63,981 nucleotides of DNA, filler included, from Thelocarpon superellum (GCA_026025795.1; 4 parts of 4 records of this genome joined end to end with filler, not necessarily neighbours in it), one strand, 5' to 3'. Shown: positions 25,525-36,679, numbered from the whole stretch's first letter. Notes: generated by a model from the sequence alone, not told the origin. Translations and numbers: made by a program.

Positions 25525-28230
25525 ATGCCAGGCCGCGAGCTGTGGAATTCGGCCTCCACCGGTCCCGTTCCCTCCGCCCCGTTTCCCAAACCTCGCAAAG
25601 GCGTGTCATCCAGACCGCGGACGCAGCTGTCGAAGCCAACGGCATCATCCCCTCCGAATCACACGCGTGCAGCTAGATCGTCGAACGAGGGCTCATCCAC
25701 TCCCAGCCGGGTCAACGCCCACGCGCACGCCTCCACCTTCACCACCACCACCCTCCCCCAACGTCCCCGTCCCGATCTCCCGCCCACCCCACCGCACCAG
25801 ACGCTGGATGGCGATGGGCGGCCAGACCGTGACACCGCCGCCACGTCAGGTGTGACCATCTTGATGGAGGATGCCTCGCGGCTGAGTACGCCCCTGAATC
25901 CGCGATCTCCCCCGACTCCCGACGTTACCCCCCCACGACAGCAGGCCAAGTTGTCTACCCTGAGCGTGGAGAGCGCCCACGCCCAAGGTCACCCCTCTCC
26001 CGGCACCACGGCCTCCTTCAAGACCGCGCGGGAATTTCAAGCCTCGTCCGAAGAGGAACTTCTCTTGTCGCGCGTCTTCCCAGACAACTCGGCTCTCCGC
26101 GAGACGTGGGCCAGCATCACCCCAAGAAGGCGACGGTCGCCCGTCGCCGACCCGGTGACTGAGTCCCACACGCGGAGTCGCCCCCACGAGAGTCTCGAGG
26201 ACTTCGTTGCCTTTGACGGGATATGGGATCGGACTCACGATGCCGGATTCCTTCATGCGGATCGGGAATGGAAGAGTAATCTGACGGCGAATGCGCCGCA
26301 TGCCGATGCTCATCACGCGCCTCCGCCTACGCAAGCGCCCATGCCACCCCACGAGAGACTGGTGAATTCGGAGGAGAGTCGACCACGAGACATCTCCACG
26401 GAAGTCAGTCTCCGGGAGCGGATCCGACAGCGCCAGGCGGAAACACAACGGAGCTCCACAAGTCACTTCGCCGAACAGATGGCATGGCCCACGATGCTCG
26501 ATAACATGCTCTTCGAACTGTCCCCGCACCACACTGAGCTCCGCCGGTTTTCCAGCACATCCGGCACCTCCGCCGTCGTCGAAGCCTTGGTCGTGGACGA
26601 CACGCCCCCGCCCAAGCGACGGGTCCTCCGTCACAAGGGCAAGACCAACACGCTTCGCACGCAACATCTCTCCGCGCTGCGCTCCGTCTCCCTCCCAATC
26701 TCCATCCAGCAGTCGCCGCCGCGTCCCCTGGTGCATAGAACGTCCCACATCCCGGAACGACGCTTGTCGACGCCGGCGCGCGAGCCGGAGGCTACTCGGC
26801 GATCGCACGAGAGTTCGCGCGGGACGGGCCACGAGCGGATTTCCGTCGTGATCCCGGAGCGGCGGTCTTCGTTACGATCCTCCGGCCGCCCCACATCCGG
26901 GCCCCGGTCACAGTCGCTCACGATGGCTTTACCGCAGGCCGGGTCAAGCGCGCCCTTCCGTGGCGATTACGGCTACTTTGATATCCCCCACATCCGGAAA
27001 CGAACCCTCTCGGAGTCGGCCTCCTGGGGCCGGGCAGCCGAACGTGGACGTGGACTTAGTCACGCTCCCGTCATCCCGCCACGGAGCTCCTCGTTGTCGG
27101 CGCCGACGACGCGCGACGGCTCGAGGGCGACCTCACTCACCTCGACCAGCCCTCCCTCTCGTGCGGGCCCCAGACCAGCCGACAGCGCACTCGGCCTCGC
27201 TCCCGCGAGCGCATCGATCGTGGTGCCAACCCCCGCCGCAGCAGCCGTGCCAGGCGGGCTGCCCCGCGACGATGGCCGTCCCATCTCCCGGTACCTGTCG
27301 CCCCCCTTTACGCCCTTCTCCAATCCGTCGGACCACGGCTCCTCGCCCGAGGCGCCCGAGGTGCGCGAAGCGACGGCCGTGGCCCTCTTTCCCCACCACA
27401 ATCGGTCACTGCTCGTGGTCCAACAAGCGTCCCGACCGGTCTCGCGTGAGCGCGAACAGGAGCGTGGGCCGGGGGCGGTGAGGCCGGTGCCATCGACCAC
27501 GGCGCCGGTGACGCCGCCGATGTCGGCGCACGCCCTTGCGCTGGCCGACTCGCCGTTGAAGAATCCGCGTGCCCCGCCCTTGCCGCCTGTGCCGCCGGTG
27601 ATCCAGCTCATCTCGCCTACGCCACATCCTCCCACGCCTTCTGCGGACGGCGGGCGTGCCCGTGAGGACCGTCCCGCATCCGAACAAGGGCCGAGCGGGT
27701 CGCGTGGGCCCTTTGCACTGGTGAAGCGTGCCTTGCGTCCGCGGCGCTATTCGGACACGTTTGCCGCCTCGCTCGCGCGATGGAAAGGCATCGACGCTTC
27801 GACGCCCTCCAACGTGCAGCGCAAGGAGTCCAAGCTCTCGCCTTTCTGGCTCCCACGCGGCTTCTGGGACGATGTCGACATGGACGACCTGGACGTGGAA
27901 GACGAATTCCTCGAACGAGGCCGGTCGGACCTGCTCGACGCGCCTCGTCTGGGCCGGCGCGTCTCCTACCCCCTCGCGCCCCCTCCCGATACCGAACGTG
28001 GGAGCGAGTCGTCGCTGAGCCGCTCGCTCTCGACGGCGTCGCGGAAGACACGACGCATCAGTCCGCTCCCGGGGCTGAGTGTGCAGATTGAGTACGTGGG
28101 GTTGAAGGAGGTCTCGCTCCGCCTGCGTGAAGCAAGGGCGGCCCGAGTGGAGAAGGCAAGGGAGAAGGAGCGGAACAAGATCAAGGGACGCATCTCCCCG
28201 CCTCGCGCCATTGGAGCGTCGGTTGGATGA
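25525..28230 (+). CDS. Hypothetical 901-aa Ser/Pro/Arg-rich, probably disordered protein
   Basis: Long intronless ORF with islands that look conserved (EVREATAVALFPHHNRSLLVVQQ, KLSPFWLPRGFWDD). Confidence 0.75.
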   Translation: MPGRELWNSASTGPVPSAPFPKPRKGVSSRPRTQLSKPTASSPPNHTRAARSSNEGSSTPSRVNAHAHASTFTTTTLPQRPRPDLPPTPPHQTLDGDGRPDRDTAATSGVTILMEDASRLSTPLNPRSPPTPDVTPPRQQAKLSTLSVESAHAQGHPSPGTTASFKTAREFQASSEEELLLSRVFPDNSALRETWASITPRRRRSPVADPVTESHTRSRPHESLEDFVAFDGIWDRTHDAGFLHADREWKSNLTANAPHADAHHAPPPTQAPMPPHERLVNSEESRPRDISTEVSLRERIRQRQAETQRSSTSHFAEQMAWPTMLDNMLFELSPHHTELRRFSSTSGTSAVVEALVVDDTPPPKRRVLRHKGKTNTLRTQHLSALRSVSLPISIQQSPPRPLVHRTSHIPERRLSTPAREPEATRRSHESSRGTGHERISVVIPERRSSLRSSGRPTSGPRSQSLTMALPQAGSSAPFRGDYGYFDIPHIRKRTLSESASWGRAAERGRGLSHAPVIPPRSSSLSAPTTRDGSRATSLTSTSPPSRAGPRPADSALGLAPASASIVVPTPAAAAVPGGLPRDDGRPISRYLSPPFTPFSNPSDHGSSPEAPEVREATAVALFPHHNRSLLVVQQASRPVSREREQERGPGAVRPVPSTTAPVTPPMSAHALALADSPLKNPRAPPLPPVPPVIQLISPTPHPPTPSADGGRAREDRPASEQGPSGSRGPFALVKRALRPRRYSDTFAASLARWKGIDASTPSNVQRKESKLSPFWLPRGFWDDVDMDDLDVEDEFLERGRSDLLDAPRLGRRVSYPLAPPPDTERGSESSLSRSLSTASRKTRRISPLPGLSVQIEYVGLKEVSLRLREARAARVEKAREKERNKIKGRISPPRAIGASVG

Positions 28231-29207
28231 AGGAGACGACGATCTACGGCCGGGCAATGTGCACAGTTACGACTGATGAAGCGTGTCTCTCTCTCTTTCT
28301 CGACCTCATGTGACGACTGAGCCGCCGTGATGGTTTCGTGATGCTTTCTGCGCTGTTCATCTAGCGTTCATATGCAACGTATACCCACGCCCACCGTGAT
28401 CCTCATCGCGTCATCGCGAAGCGTCCGCCGTACTCGTAGACAGGCGTTGGGCCGCCGCGTGAGCCCGCTTCGCCCGAGCCTCGAGGAGGGCGGGCTGCAG
28501 CAAGGGCTGCGGCAACGCGGTCGACGAGAAGAAGACCACTAGGCGGCCTCAGTACGTACGAACCATCGTCGTCGACGTGGCGCGTCCGCTGCACTCACCC
28601 TTGGTCTTGCATTGCTCTCGTGGCGGGATCAATGGTTCGTGAGACGTCGCCGGCTGCGTGTGCGACCGCGGCTTGGCTGCCTTGGCCGGAGGCAGGAGTG
28701 GCCGTCGGGCCCATCGTTGCTCTGCATCTGTCGTCATCTGGCCCGACCCCGCCCGGCGTGCTCGACGCGGGGTGGTACGAAGGGCGCTCGACGGCACCAA
28801 GTACGATGTCGGCGGGGACGAGGCGGATCACCGGCGGCGGACGGGTTCTTCGACCGCACCCTCCACCGTGGAGAGCGATAGACGACCTCCTCAGTCCGCG
28901 CCCGGTACCTGGCCCCAGTAGGGTACCAAGTACGAAGTACGAAGTACAAAGAACGAGGAGACCGGTACCTCAACCGTCGACCGGCTCGTGGCGAATCCAC
29001 CCGACCGTTACCCACCGCCCTTGCAACCGCCGTGGCGCGGGCGCGGGTGCGCGACGACACACTAGAGGCCCCCCACCATTCCGAGCATCGGAGTCATCGC
29101 CCCGTCACCCTCAGCGACACCGGAGAGGAGCACGTTCCAGCCCCTGGATTTCGCGACGTCGTCCATTCGGCCTCCTCTGACGCCGTATCTGCTCAGTGCA
29201 CTGGTAT

Positions 29208-31767
29208 ATGGCCGGAGTGAGCTCGGGTGGGAGTGGGGGAGTCGGTGTCGGCGTCGGCGTCGGCGTCGGCGTCGCGGTCGGCGCCGGCAGTGGGGGGAGC
29301 GCCCTGAGCTCGCCCTCCAGCGCACGCGCCGGCGGCGCCCGCAAGAAACGCGACCAGTCGGCCGCCGGTCTCGACAGCAGTCCCGGTAGCGTAGACGACG
29401 GGGCCGACGACGATGGCACCGACGACCGACGGCGGACCCCCGGCGTCAAGCGGGCCTGCAACGAGTGCCGGCAGCAGAAGGTGAGTCAGCCTCCCTTGTG
29501 TCCGCCGTCCGCCATCCGCCGCCGGCGGTCGGTGGCCCCGGAGCATGGACCATGCTGATGTGGATTAGCTGCGATGTGATGTCGTGCCTGAGCCCTATTC
29601 CATCTGTTCGCGATGTCAACGCCTGAAGCTGGACTGCAAGATCGAGTCCAGCTTCAAGCGCATCGGCAAGCGCAGCAAGAACGCCGAGATGGAGCGCGAG
29701 ATTATCGAGCTGCGCCGGCAATTGGCCTCGACGACGCACGGCCAGCCCCCCCTCCAGTCGCCCGCCCTCAGCATGACGGCTACGGGCCCACACAGCCCCG
29801 AGCTGTATCAGGTCCCGCGTCCGACGGAGCCGTACATGGCTCCGGATGAAGCGGTGGCGTCCCTGTTAGACTTGCGACAAGGCCTGGAAGGCGGGACCGG
29901 ATACCTGAAGGGCCCCCATGGCTCCATGACGGGCATTCGCCGGCTCGAAAACGTGGCCATCTCGGGACCCTGCATCATCGAGCTCTTTCAGCAGTACGCT
30001 TCCGATGCGCCCCCCTCCCCCGCCCCGTCCGCCCGGCTTCGTGCGTGAGAGGTCACTGACAGATGGTCGTGGCATCGGTCCAGATATTTTCGATGCTATC
30101 ATCCATTCCTTCCCCTGCTGGACCCCGCCAAACCTCCCGACTATTACTTTGACACCTGCCCGCTGCTCTTCTGGGCCGTCATCTCCGTCGCCGCGCGCCG
30201 CTTTCCACAAGAGCCGACCCTCTTCGCCGCGCTTCCGCCCGTCGTCTCGCGCTTGGTCTGGTCAGTGCTGGCGGACGTGCCGCAGAGTTACCATGTCGTC
30301 AAGGCGCTCTGCTTGCTCTGCACCTGGCCCCTGCCCATCAGCAGCACCTCGGCCGACCCAACGTTTATGCTGAGCGGCGTCATGACCCACGTGGCCATGC
30401 AGATCGGCTTACACCGGCCGTCACACGCTCAAGACTTCACCAAGTTCCACGTTCAGCTCCGTGAGGGGGAGCTCCGCGATCGGGTCAAGACCTGGGCCGC
30501 CTGTAACATCGTTGCACAGAGGTATGTCTGAGGCGCTTCCATATGCAGGCTTCGAGCGCCGGTCGCTCCCGGTCGAATGGTCATTGAAATGTCTTGTGTC
30601 CGACAGCGTCTCCACGGGTTATGGTCAGCCGCCGTCGAGTTTGTTCGATTGGACGCTGAAGCCGTCATCGGACAAGGAGATGAGCTACCGTCTCCCGGAC
30701 GAGCTCGACGCGCGCTTGCGCGTCGAGAAATTTTGCGACAAGGTCACCAAAGGCCTCTACAGCAGTACGAACGACCCCGTCGGCCTGACCGACGACGTTG
30801 GGCGTGCCTCCATCAGCAGTCTTTTGGCCAAGGAATTCGAAGAGCTCGAGGCGCGCGTCCGGGCTCAGGGCTCAGGTCGGTCGCCCCGCACCGCACACGA
30901 GACGCCCGACTAACTCATGTAGCCATCAATCTCCTCCACCTCCGCGCGGCCGGCCTCCACCTGCGCCTGTCCGCCTTTTTCGACTCCAACAAGGCCAACG
31001 ACTACCAGAAGAACCTGCTTAATTTGTACTTTGCCACCACCACCTTTCTGGACTACGCCCTTACGCTCGAGGCCTCGGACGGCGGCGTCTTCTCCTTTGC
31101 CAGCAACTTCATCCTCCAGATGACGGTCGCGGGCGGGTTCACGCTCTTGAAGCTGCTCAACAGCTTCTTTGCCAAGCACATCAATCTCGATGACGGCAAG
31201 GCCTTGTTCCATCGGACCATCGGCGCCATCCGAAAGATCAGCGTCGTGACCAATGACTTACCCAGCCGCTTGGCCGAAGTGCTGGCACAGTTGTGGCGCG
31301 GCGGTGGCGAGGGCGCCCGCGTCGAGGGTCGGCGCGAGGGCGAGATGGACGGGTCCCTCCAGCTCAAGGTGCGCTGTCGCATGAGCATGAGCCTCGTCTT
31401 CGATTCCGTCTGGCGGTGGCGCGAAGAGTTTCAGGCCAAAGGGCGAGGCAATCTGGACTGTACGACTCCTCCTTCCCACTCTCGCTCGCACGCTAATCGT
31501 GCCGCAGCGGCGGTCAATAACCCGACCAATCCGGATGCCACGGCGGACGAATCCGCCGCCAGCTCGCTCGTCGATCACTCTCTCAACCCCGCCCTCGGCC
31601 TCGGTCTGACCGGCCCCCCGGGCATCGTGACACCGGGTCCGAGCAACGGCTTTGGCGAGACCAACTACGAAGTGTTCGACCCCTTGAACTGGATGCTCGA
31701 TGGCTTTGTCGATTTTCCTTATCCGTTTACCGCCGCTGCCGGCATGGAGGAGCACACCCTGGCGTGA
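29208..31767 (+). CDS. LEU3: Zn(II)2Cys6 transcription factor, Leu3/LeuB-like
   Basis: KRACNECRQQK/LRCD...CSRCQRLKLDC binuclear cluster, a fungal middle-homology region (AMQIGLHRP), RCRMSMSLVFD and an acidic-aromatic C-terminal activation tail. Five introns. Confidence 0.75.
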
Positions 31768-32284
31768 TGTGCCGATGCTTGAATGGCGTTGTTGCCGACA
31801 CCATCTTGGGGTATTGAGAGAGTTCCTTGGTCGCTCTTTACCCTTTGCCCACCGCCCTTGAGATCGCGTTGCAGCCTCATCCTCCACCTGAGGTCGGTCT
31901 TTCTGCAGTTTCAGGGGAGGGAGGCGTTTCCGACTGGTTGACGCTGGTTGACACATCATCCCATCTCACTCGCTACTCTTCCGAGCAAACCCGATTTAGG
32001 TGGTCCTTCCTCTCGACCTATCCTCGTGCCGCGCCGTCCCAATCACAGGAAAGTCCTCCGGGTCCAGTGACACGCCAGCTCCCCGCGCCCCTGCGGAAGA
32101 TGCAGGGCTACTAGCAGCCCACCTTGGTTACCTAATCAGTGATATGACCTCTGATTGGTCGAATTCCATCAGCCTTCACTCTGATTCGTCGAGCCCTCGC
32201 TACCCTGACGCATGCCATCGCTCTATATAACCCGGGCCCTCCCCCCTCCGCCCTTCTCCCCCCTCCCCATCTTCTACTTCTCGC

Positions 32285-33061
32285 TTGTGTCCTTCTACCT
32301 CTCCTCCTGGAAATTCTCCACTGGGAACTCCAGACCGCCCTGAGAAGGGAGCGAGACTTGTTGAGACACGAGGACGTGCACTTCGGACGACCCCCTCCCC
32401 GATTCCGATCCCCGCTCCCGTGGGTCCCTTCCATGGTGCACCCTACGCCCTCGGCCCCATGTGTCATCGAGACGTCACCGTGGCTCCCCACACGTCTCGA
32501 CCAACAACACATCATCCGTCATGCATCGCGCATCATCCCGACGCATGCCCGCACACATGCTCCGTAGATTCACACGTGGAGCTTCCATGCATGCATGCCG
32601 ACACGTCATCGACGCCCATGTCGGCGCCCTCTCACAACCATCTTGGCCCTGCTTGTCCACTCGAACGCCGCTCGGCCATGCGTCGTCGCCTCTCTGAACG
32701 AGATCCCTGCGATCCTGTCTCCTCACGCATCAATATGCCCCTGACAAGTGATCGAGTCGGTAAAGTCGCCGACTGCAATGTCGGTGAGGGAAAAGTACGA
32801 GGAACTCGAGGCGTGCGCCCGACAACGGTGCTTCCACCCTCCCCACCGCCCGCCTCGACGAGACATGAAGAAACGGCCCCCGCCTTTGAAATCATGAGTC
32901 TAGCTGCCGAGCCCCCTCGGCCTACGCGCCCACCACCAGTGCCACGACCTCCACGATTACCCACGCCCGACCTCGATGATCTGAAGGATGAAATGGCCTT
33001 TTGTTTTTGCTGTGATGCTTTGAAGGGGAAGCAATGCGTGCGGGAGCCCCTCCGAGCCTAA
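32285..33061 (+). CDS. Hypothetical Pro-rich protein
   Basis: 258-codon ORF after TATATAA at about 32224 and a pyrimidine-rich leader. C-terminal PPRLPTPDLDDL...FCFCC motif. The annotated start is GTG, so the true start is uncertain. Confidence 0.4.
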   Translation: MCPSTSPPGNSPLGTPDRPEKGARLVETRGRALRTTPSPIPIPAPVGPFHGAPYALGPMCHRDVTVAPHTSRPTTHHPSCIAHHPDACPHTCSVDSHVELPCMHADTSSTPMSAPSHNHLGPACPLERRSAMRRRLSERDPCDPVSSRINMPLTSDRVGKVADCNVGEGKVRGTRGVRPTTVLPPSPPPASTRHEETAPAFEIMSLAAEPPRPTRPPPVPRPPRLPTPDLDDLKDEMAFCFCCDALKGKQCVREPLRA

Positions 33062-34551
33062 CGACTGGCCTACACTTGGGGGCTCAGGGGCCGGGGGCCG
33101 GAGGCCTGGGGCCAGGGGCCATTCCATGGCCACGAGTGCTGCAGCGTGGATCCAAGACTAGTGATTGTGCAGCAAAGGTACTGTTCACGGGGTCGCTCCC
33201 AGATTGTTCTCACCAGATTGTGTCGGTAAACGGGGGAGATTCTTATGATATGAGCAACGGCTGAGACGGCCGTGCGAAGAATGGATCATGATTTGTGCAC
33301 TAACACTGGATTTGATCGTGTGAAACGTGTCATCTTGCAGTCTCCAACGTCTCCCGGCCAGCCTTGGCTGCCGTACCTGACCCTCAGCTCCACCACTCCC
33401 CAAGGAGGCTGCCACAAGCCGTGGCCCCTCCGCATCTCACTCCCGCATGATGACATTCCTCACCACCTAGCAGATGGACACAGCACGACACACCGTCAAC
33501 ATTGCTACCGTGGACTAGGAGCCGCTCATGTCCGCTCTGGCGCTCGGACTCAGCACTTACCGAGCCCTGTCAAATGCTTTCCGGGTTGCGACGAGGTCCG
33601 CTTGCCGCCTCTCCATGCCACCACACACTTCACCACGTGCACATATTATCGCAGATCGATCCAAGGCGCAGCTGGGTTTCGTGACGTCGGGTTTGGCGTG
33701 CTCGGGGGGACGTCCGGTAGAGAATTCGCGCAAGATCGAGGTCACGGATGGATCTTAACGGCCATCTCACCATTCTAGATGAATGCCGCAACAAGGATAC
33801 GCATTCTTGGTGAGTGTTCTTGCTTGCTTGGCGAGGTTGAGCGTTTCGGTCACTGCGAAAGCCCTGAGAAACATTGCTAAATCGGTCATCTACTGACAGT
33901 AGGTTTCCAACTTGATGGCGACTTCCTCCTCACTTCATACCGCCTTCCTTCTACCATGATTGAATTGATCTGTTCTTGAACCAGCTAGAACTACTCACGC
34001 CTGCTTGTGGGCATACACCTCCTTCTTCACAGTCAGCTTCGGCAGCATTCGCCCCGGCGGATCCCTCTCTAGTCCAGGACATCGCTCAACCGATGGCGCC
34101 AAAGAGTCCGGACGCGGGGTTTCGATGGATCAATACCCACCTCTACCTCAACCTGAGCCGTACTGTATGATGGCCGTATCGTCGCTTGGCTCGGTGATGA
34201 TTTGCTTTGCTGCAATTGTAGTGATCTAGAGATTTTCCGTTGCGCTCGCGTCTGCAACAACCATGCCAATAGAGGCAGAAAAGCATGGCTCACCCGGATT
34301 ACCTATCAGCGCTTGTTCTACCACGAGGGATTGCGCTAGTACATAAAGTAGCACTCAGTCCAGTATCATTGCCAATGAAAGAGCACGTGTCTAAGCTGAA
34401 ATTTGCCGGCCAGATGTGAGAAGAGATCTCTTCGAAGTGGAGAATTCGTAGTAACTGCTCAAGCGCGCATTTTTCGTGGCGCGGATTAGGGTCGGTTTAT
34501 AATTTGTTCTAACGAAAATTTGCGAATGGCAAAGTGGCCGAGTGGTTATGG

Positions 34552-34604
34552 GTACGTCCAGTAATTCGTCGAAGATAACCCAACCCAGTTAACAAGATTT
34601 CTAG
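34552..34604 (+). other. Spliceosomal-type intron (53 nt) in the tRNA D-arm
   Basis: 5' GTACGT, branch-like GTTAAC at 34588-34593, 3' TTTCTAG. Precise removal rejoins TATGG|CGGCAG. Confidence 0.82.
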
Positions 34605-34617
34605 CGGCAGTCTCAAG

Positions 34618-34669
34618 TTCGCATTATCAGAGTGGGATAATGAATCTTGCATCATTTAATGATGTTGCA
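34618..34669 (+). other. Canonical tRNA intron at position 37/38 (52 nt)
   Basis: Starts one nucleotide 3' of the CAA anticodon. Contains a CATTATC/GATAATG hairpin and a CTTG complementary to CAAG. Confidence 0.85.
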
Positions 34670-34723
34670 ATCTGCTGGGGCAACCCGCACGAGTTCGAAT
34701 CTCGTCTTTGTCAGATGAATATA

Positions 34724-34728
34724 TTTTT
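34724..34728 (+). terminator. RNA polymerase III oligo-T terminator
   Basis: TTTTT about 10 nt after the tRNA 3' end, with a second T run at 34740-34744. Confidence 0.7.
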
Positions 34729-35347
34729 GGCTATGATATATTTTGTGGCTCCGATGGAAACGAGACGTATTGGATAGGTATATCGTTGATATGATTAAAA
34801 ATGGTAGAACAAAAGGCGTCACTTTCTTCGCCGTCGCTGGGAAATTGCTTGGCGGATAAACATCGTACGGGGATGTTATTCCTACAAGTACTCGCTTTAC
34901 TGCTTCCGCTGAACGCGACATTAGTCATTCGGCCTGAATTACCGCTACAATTGTACCATTCGAAGTACAGAGGGTGGGCAGAGAGGTGGGTTTGACAGGT
35001 AGTATGCCCTGGGGCAGACTGAAATGAGAACTCAATCGCCGGCACCTGGATGTTGAGACCACAAGGAGAGCTGGGACGACATGTCTGGGAGGGCACTGAT
35101 CGAGCGAATCCGCACATGTCAGTTGTAAAGGGGAGTGGATTGGGATGGTGAAACCACGCATCCCAGTCCCCGGACCCATGTACGGCGAGTACCAGTCTCT
35201 AGAGTAGACTTGATAGAGGATGATCTCTGCTCTAGTTCTAATTGTGGTCCAAATGCACTGCAAGGCTTAGGGTCCGGAGGGAACTAGTTACCCCCTACTT
35301 AGCCCCTACCCGGATAGATCCGAATCGAGACCGTTTGTTGAAAGGAG

Positions 35348-35447
35348 NNNNNNNNNNNNNNNNNNNNNNNNNNNNNNNNNNNNNNNNNNNNTTAATTAAT
35401 TAANNNNNNNNNNNNNNNNNNNNNNNNNNNNNNNNNNNNNNNNNNNN
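35348..35447. other. Artificial contig spacer
   Basis: N44-TTAATTAATTAA-N44. Confidence 0.98.
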
Positions 35448-35923
35448 CCGATCTGCCAGGACGGATGAAGATGTTTGAGATGTCCGTAGGCACGACCCCC
35501 TGCGAGCTCAAGCCCGCCGACTTCAGGACGCTGGGGCAGCTGAGCGAAGGATACTCAGGCAGCGATATTAGCATAGCTGTCCAAGACGCGCTGATGCAAC
35601 CCGTGCGGAAGATCCAGACGGCGACACACTACAAAAAGGTAGCCTCTTCCCCTTCCCCGCCCTTTCTCTCCACCCGCCTCCTTACTAATCAATGGATGAA
35701 GGTCATGGTCGACGGCGTGGAAAAGGTCACGCCCTGTTCACCTGGCGACGAGGGAGCCATGGAGATGACGTGGACGGAGATCGACTCGGACAAGCTCCTC
35801 GAACCCATGCTGGTGCTGAAAGATTTCGTCAAGGCAGTCAAAGGTGCTCGACCGACCGTGAGCGCCGAGGATATCAAACGAAGTGAGGAGTGGACCAAGG
35901 AATTCGGAAGCGAAGGCGCATGA
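35448..35923 (+). CDS. VPS4: Vps4 AAA ATPase, 3' fragment truncated by the contig edge
   Basis: SEGYSGSDISIAVQDALMQPVRKIQTATHYKKV, TPCSPGDEGAMEMTW, RPTVSAEDI...WTKEFGSEGA. Probable intron at 35639-35701. Confidence 0.95.
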
Positions 35924-36679
35924 ACGTTGGGGAGGGGATAGAAAGTGGGAGGCAGAGTGACAAGGAGAAGAAGGGAGACGGAAGACGGGCGTTTCAAGGG
36001 GATTACTGCCAGGAACCATTCAAAAACGTTCATAGCATAGGGAGTCATCATGAGCGAACCATCTGCGAATATAAATGATTTCGAATCAAGGCGTTGTGAT
36101 CTGTTCGACACTCTCCAAAGGCTACTGTGGCTGGCGGCTGTATGCCAAGGTGGAGAGATTGGGCAAGCATCAGAGACCACAATGGCGAGACCATGTTATC
36201 ATGTTATGCGCCGTGTATACGTGCACTCTAGCGATGGGTGAGACGGGTTCGGTCAAGCCCGTTTTCCCTTTCCGAAGAAACTCCGTGGGCGGTCAGGAGT
36301 ACGGAGGACGAGAGTGTCGCTCCGCCTGGAGGCCTGTCGTGCCATCTCTCGGGAGCGCTCCCGCGGAGCTCCCCGGAGCTACGAGTAGCGAGGAGCTATG
36401 CGACTAAGCCCCGCCGCCGCCACGGGACGAGTACGACCACATAACTTGACGCTTTCGCACACAAAGAATGCGTCACTGCGACCGGCAGGCCTCGTCGGTA
36501 TTAACAGCTTCTGGTAGCGACCATCCGACCGTGACAGACGGAGTCCTGGAGATGTATACGTGAAGGATCCACCATCATATCTTTGTCATCGGACCTACGA
36601 TGATTGCCTCGGTCATATAGACTTACCAGTGGACGACACCAGCAAGATCTGGTTGCAGACTTGATGGACCTGCCTCATC

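Larger units (their letters stand above)
34528..34713 (+). tRNA. trnL-CAA: tRNA-Leu(CAA) with two introns; exons 34528-34551, 34605-34617 and 34670-34713 give an 81-nt mature tRNA
   Basis: Acceptor stem GGCAAAG/CTTTGTC plus discriminator A. A-box TGGCCGAGTGG. D-stem GCC/GGC forms after splicing. Anticodon loop CT-CAA-G|A. Variable arm GGG-GCAA-CCC. T-arm ACGAG-TTCGAAT-CTCGT. Confidence 0.93.

Noticed and set aside
34606..34676. Alternative register giving a TCA anticodon (UGA suppressor or tRNA-Sec), tempting given the TGA-interrupted GT71 gene
   Set aside because: It puts C at invariant U33 and removes position 26. The D-arm, acceptor length and discriminator A fit Leu. Many genes here terminate normally at TGA.
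29208..34713. Leu3-like regulator close to tRNA-Leu as a leucine module
   Set aside because: About 2.8 kb apart with no shared signal visible; probably coincidence without synteny data.
34652..35263. Minus-strand ORFs overlapping or adjoining the tRNA
   Set aside because: No family recognised, interrupted by a stop, and the overlapping part is explained by the tRNA.
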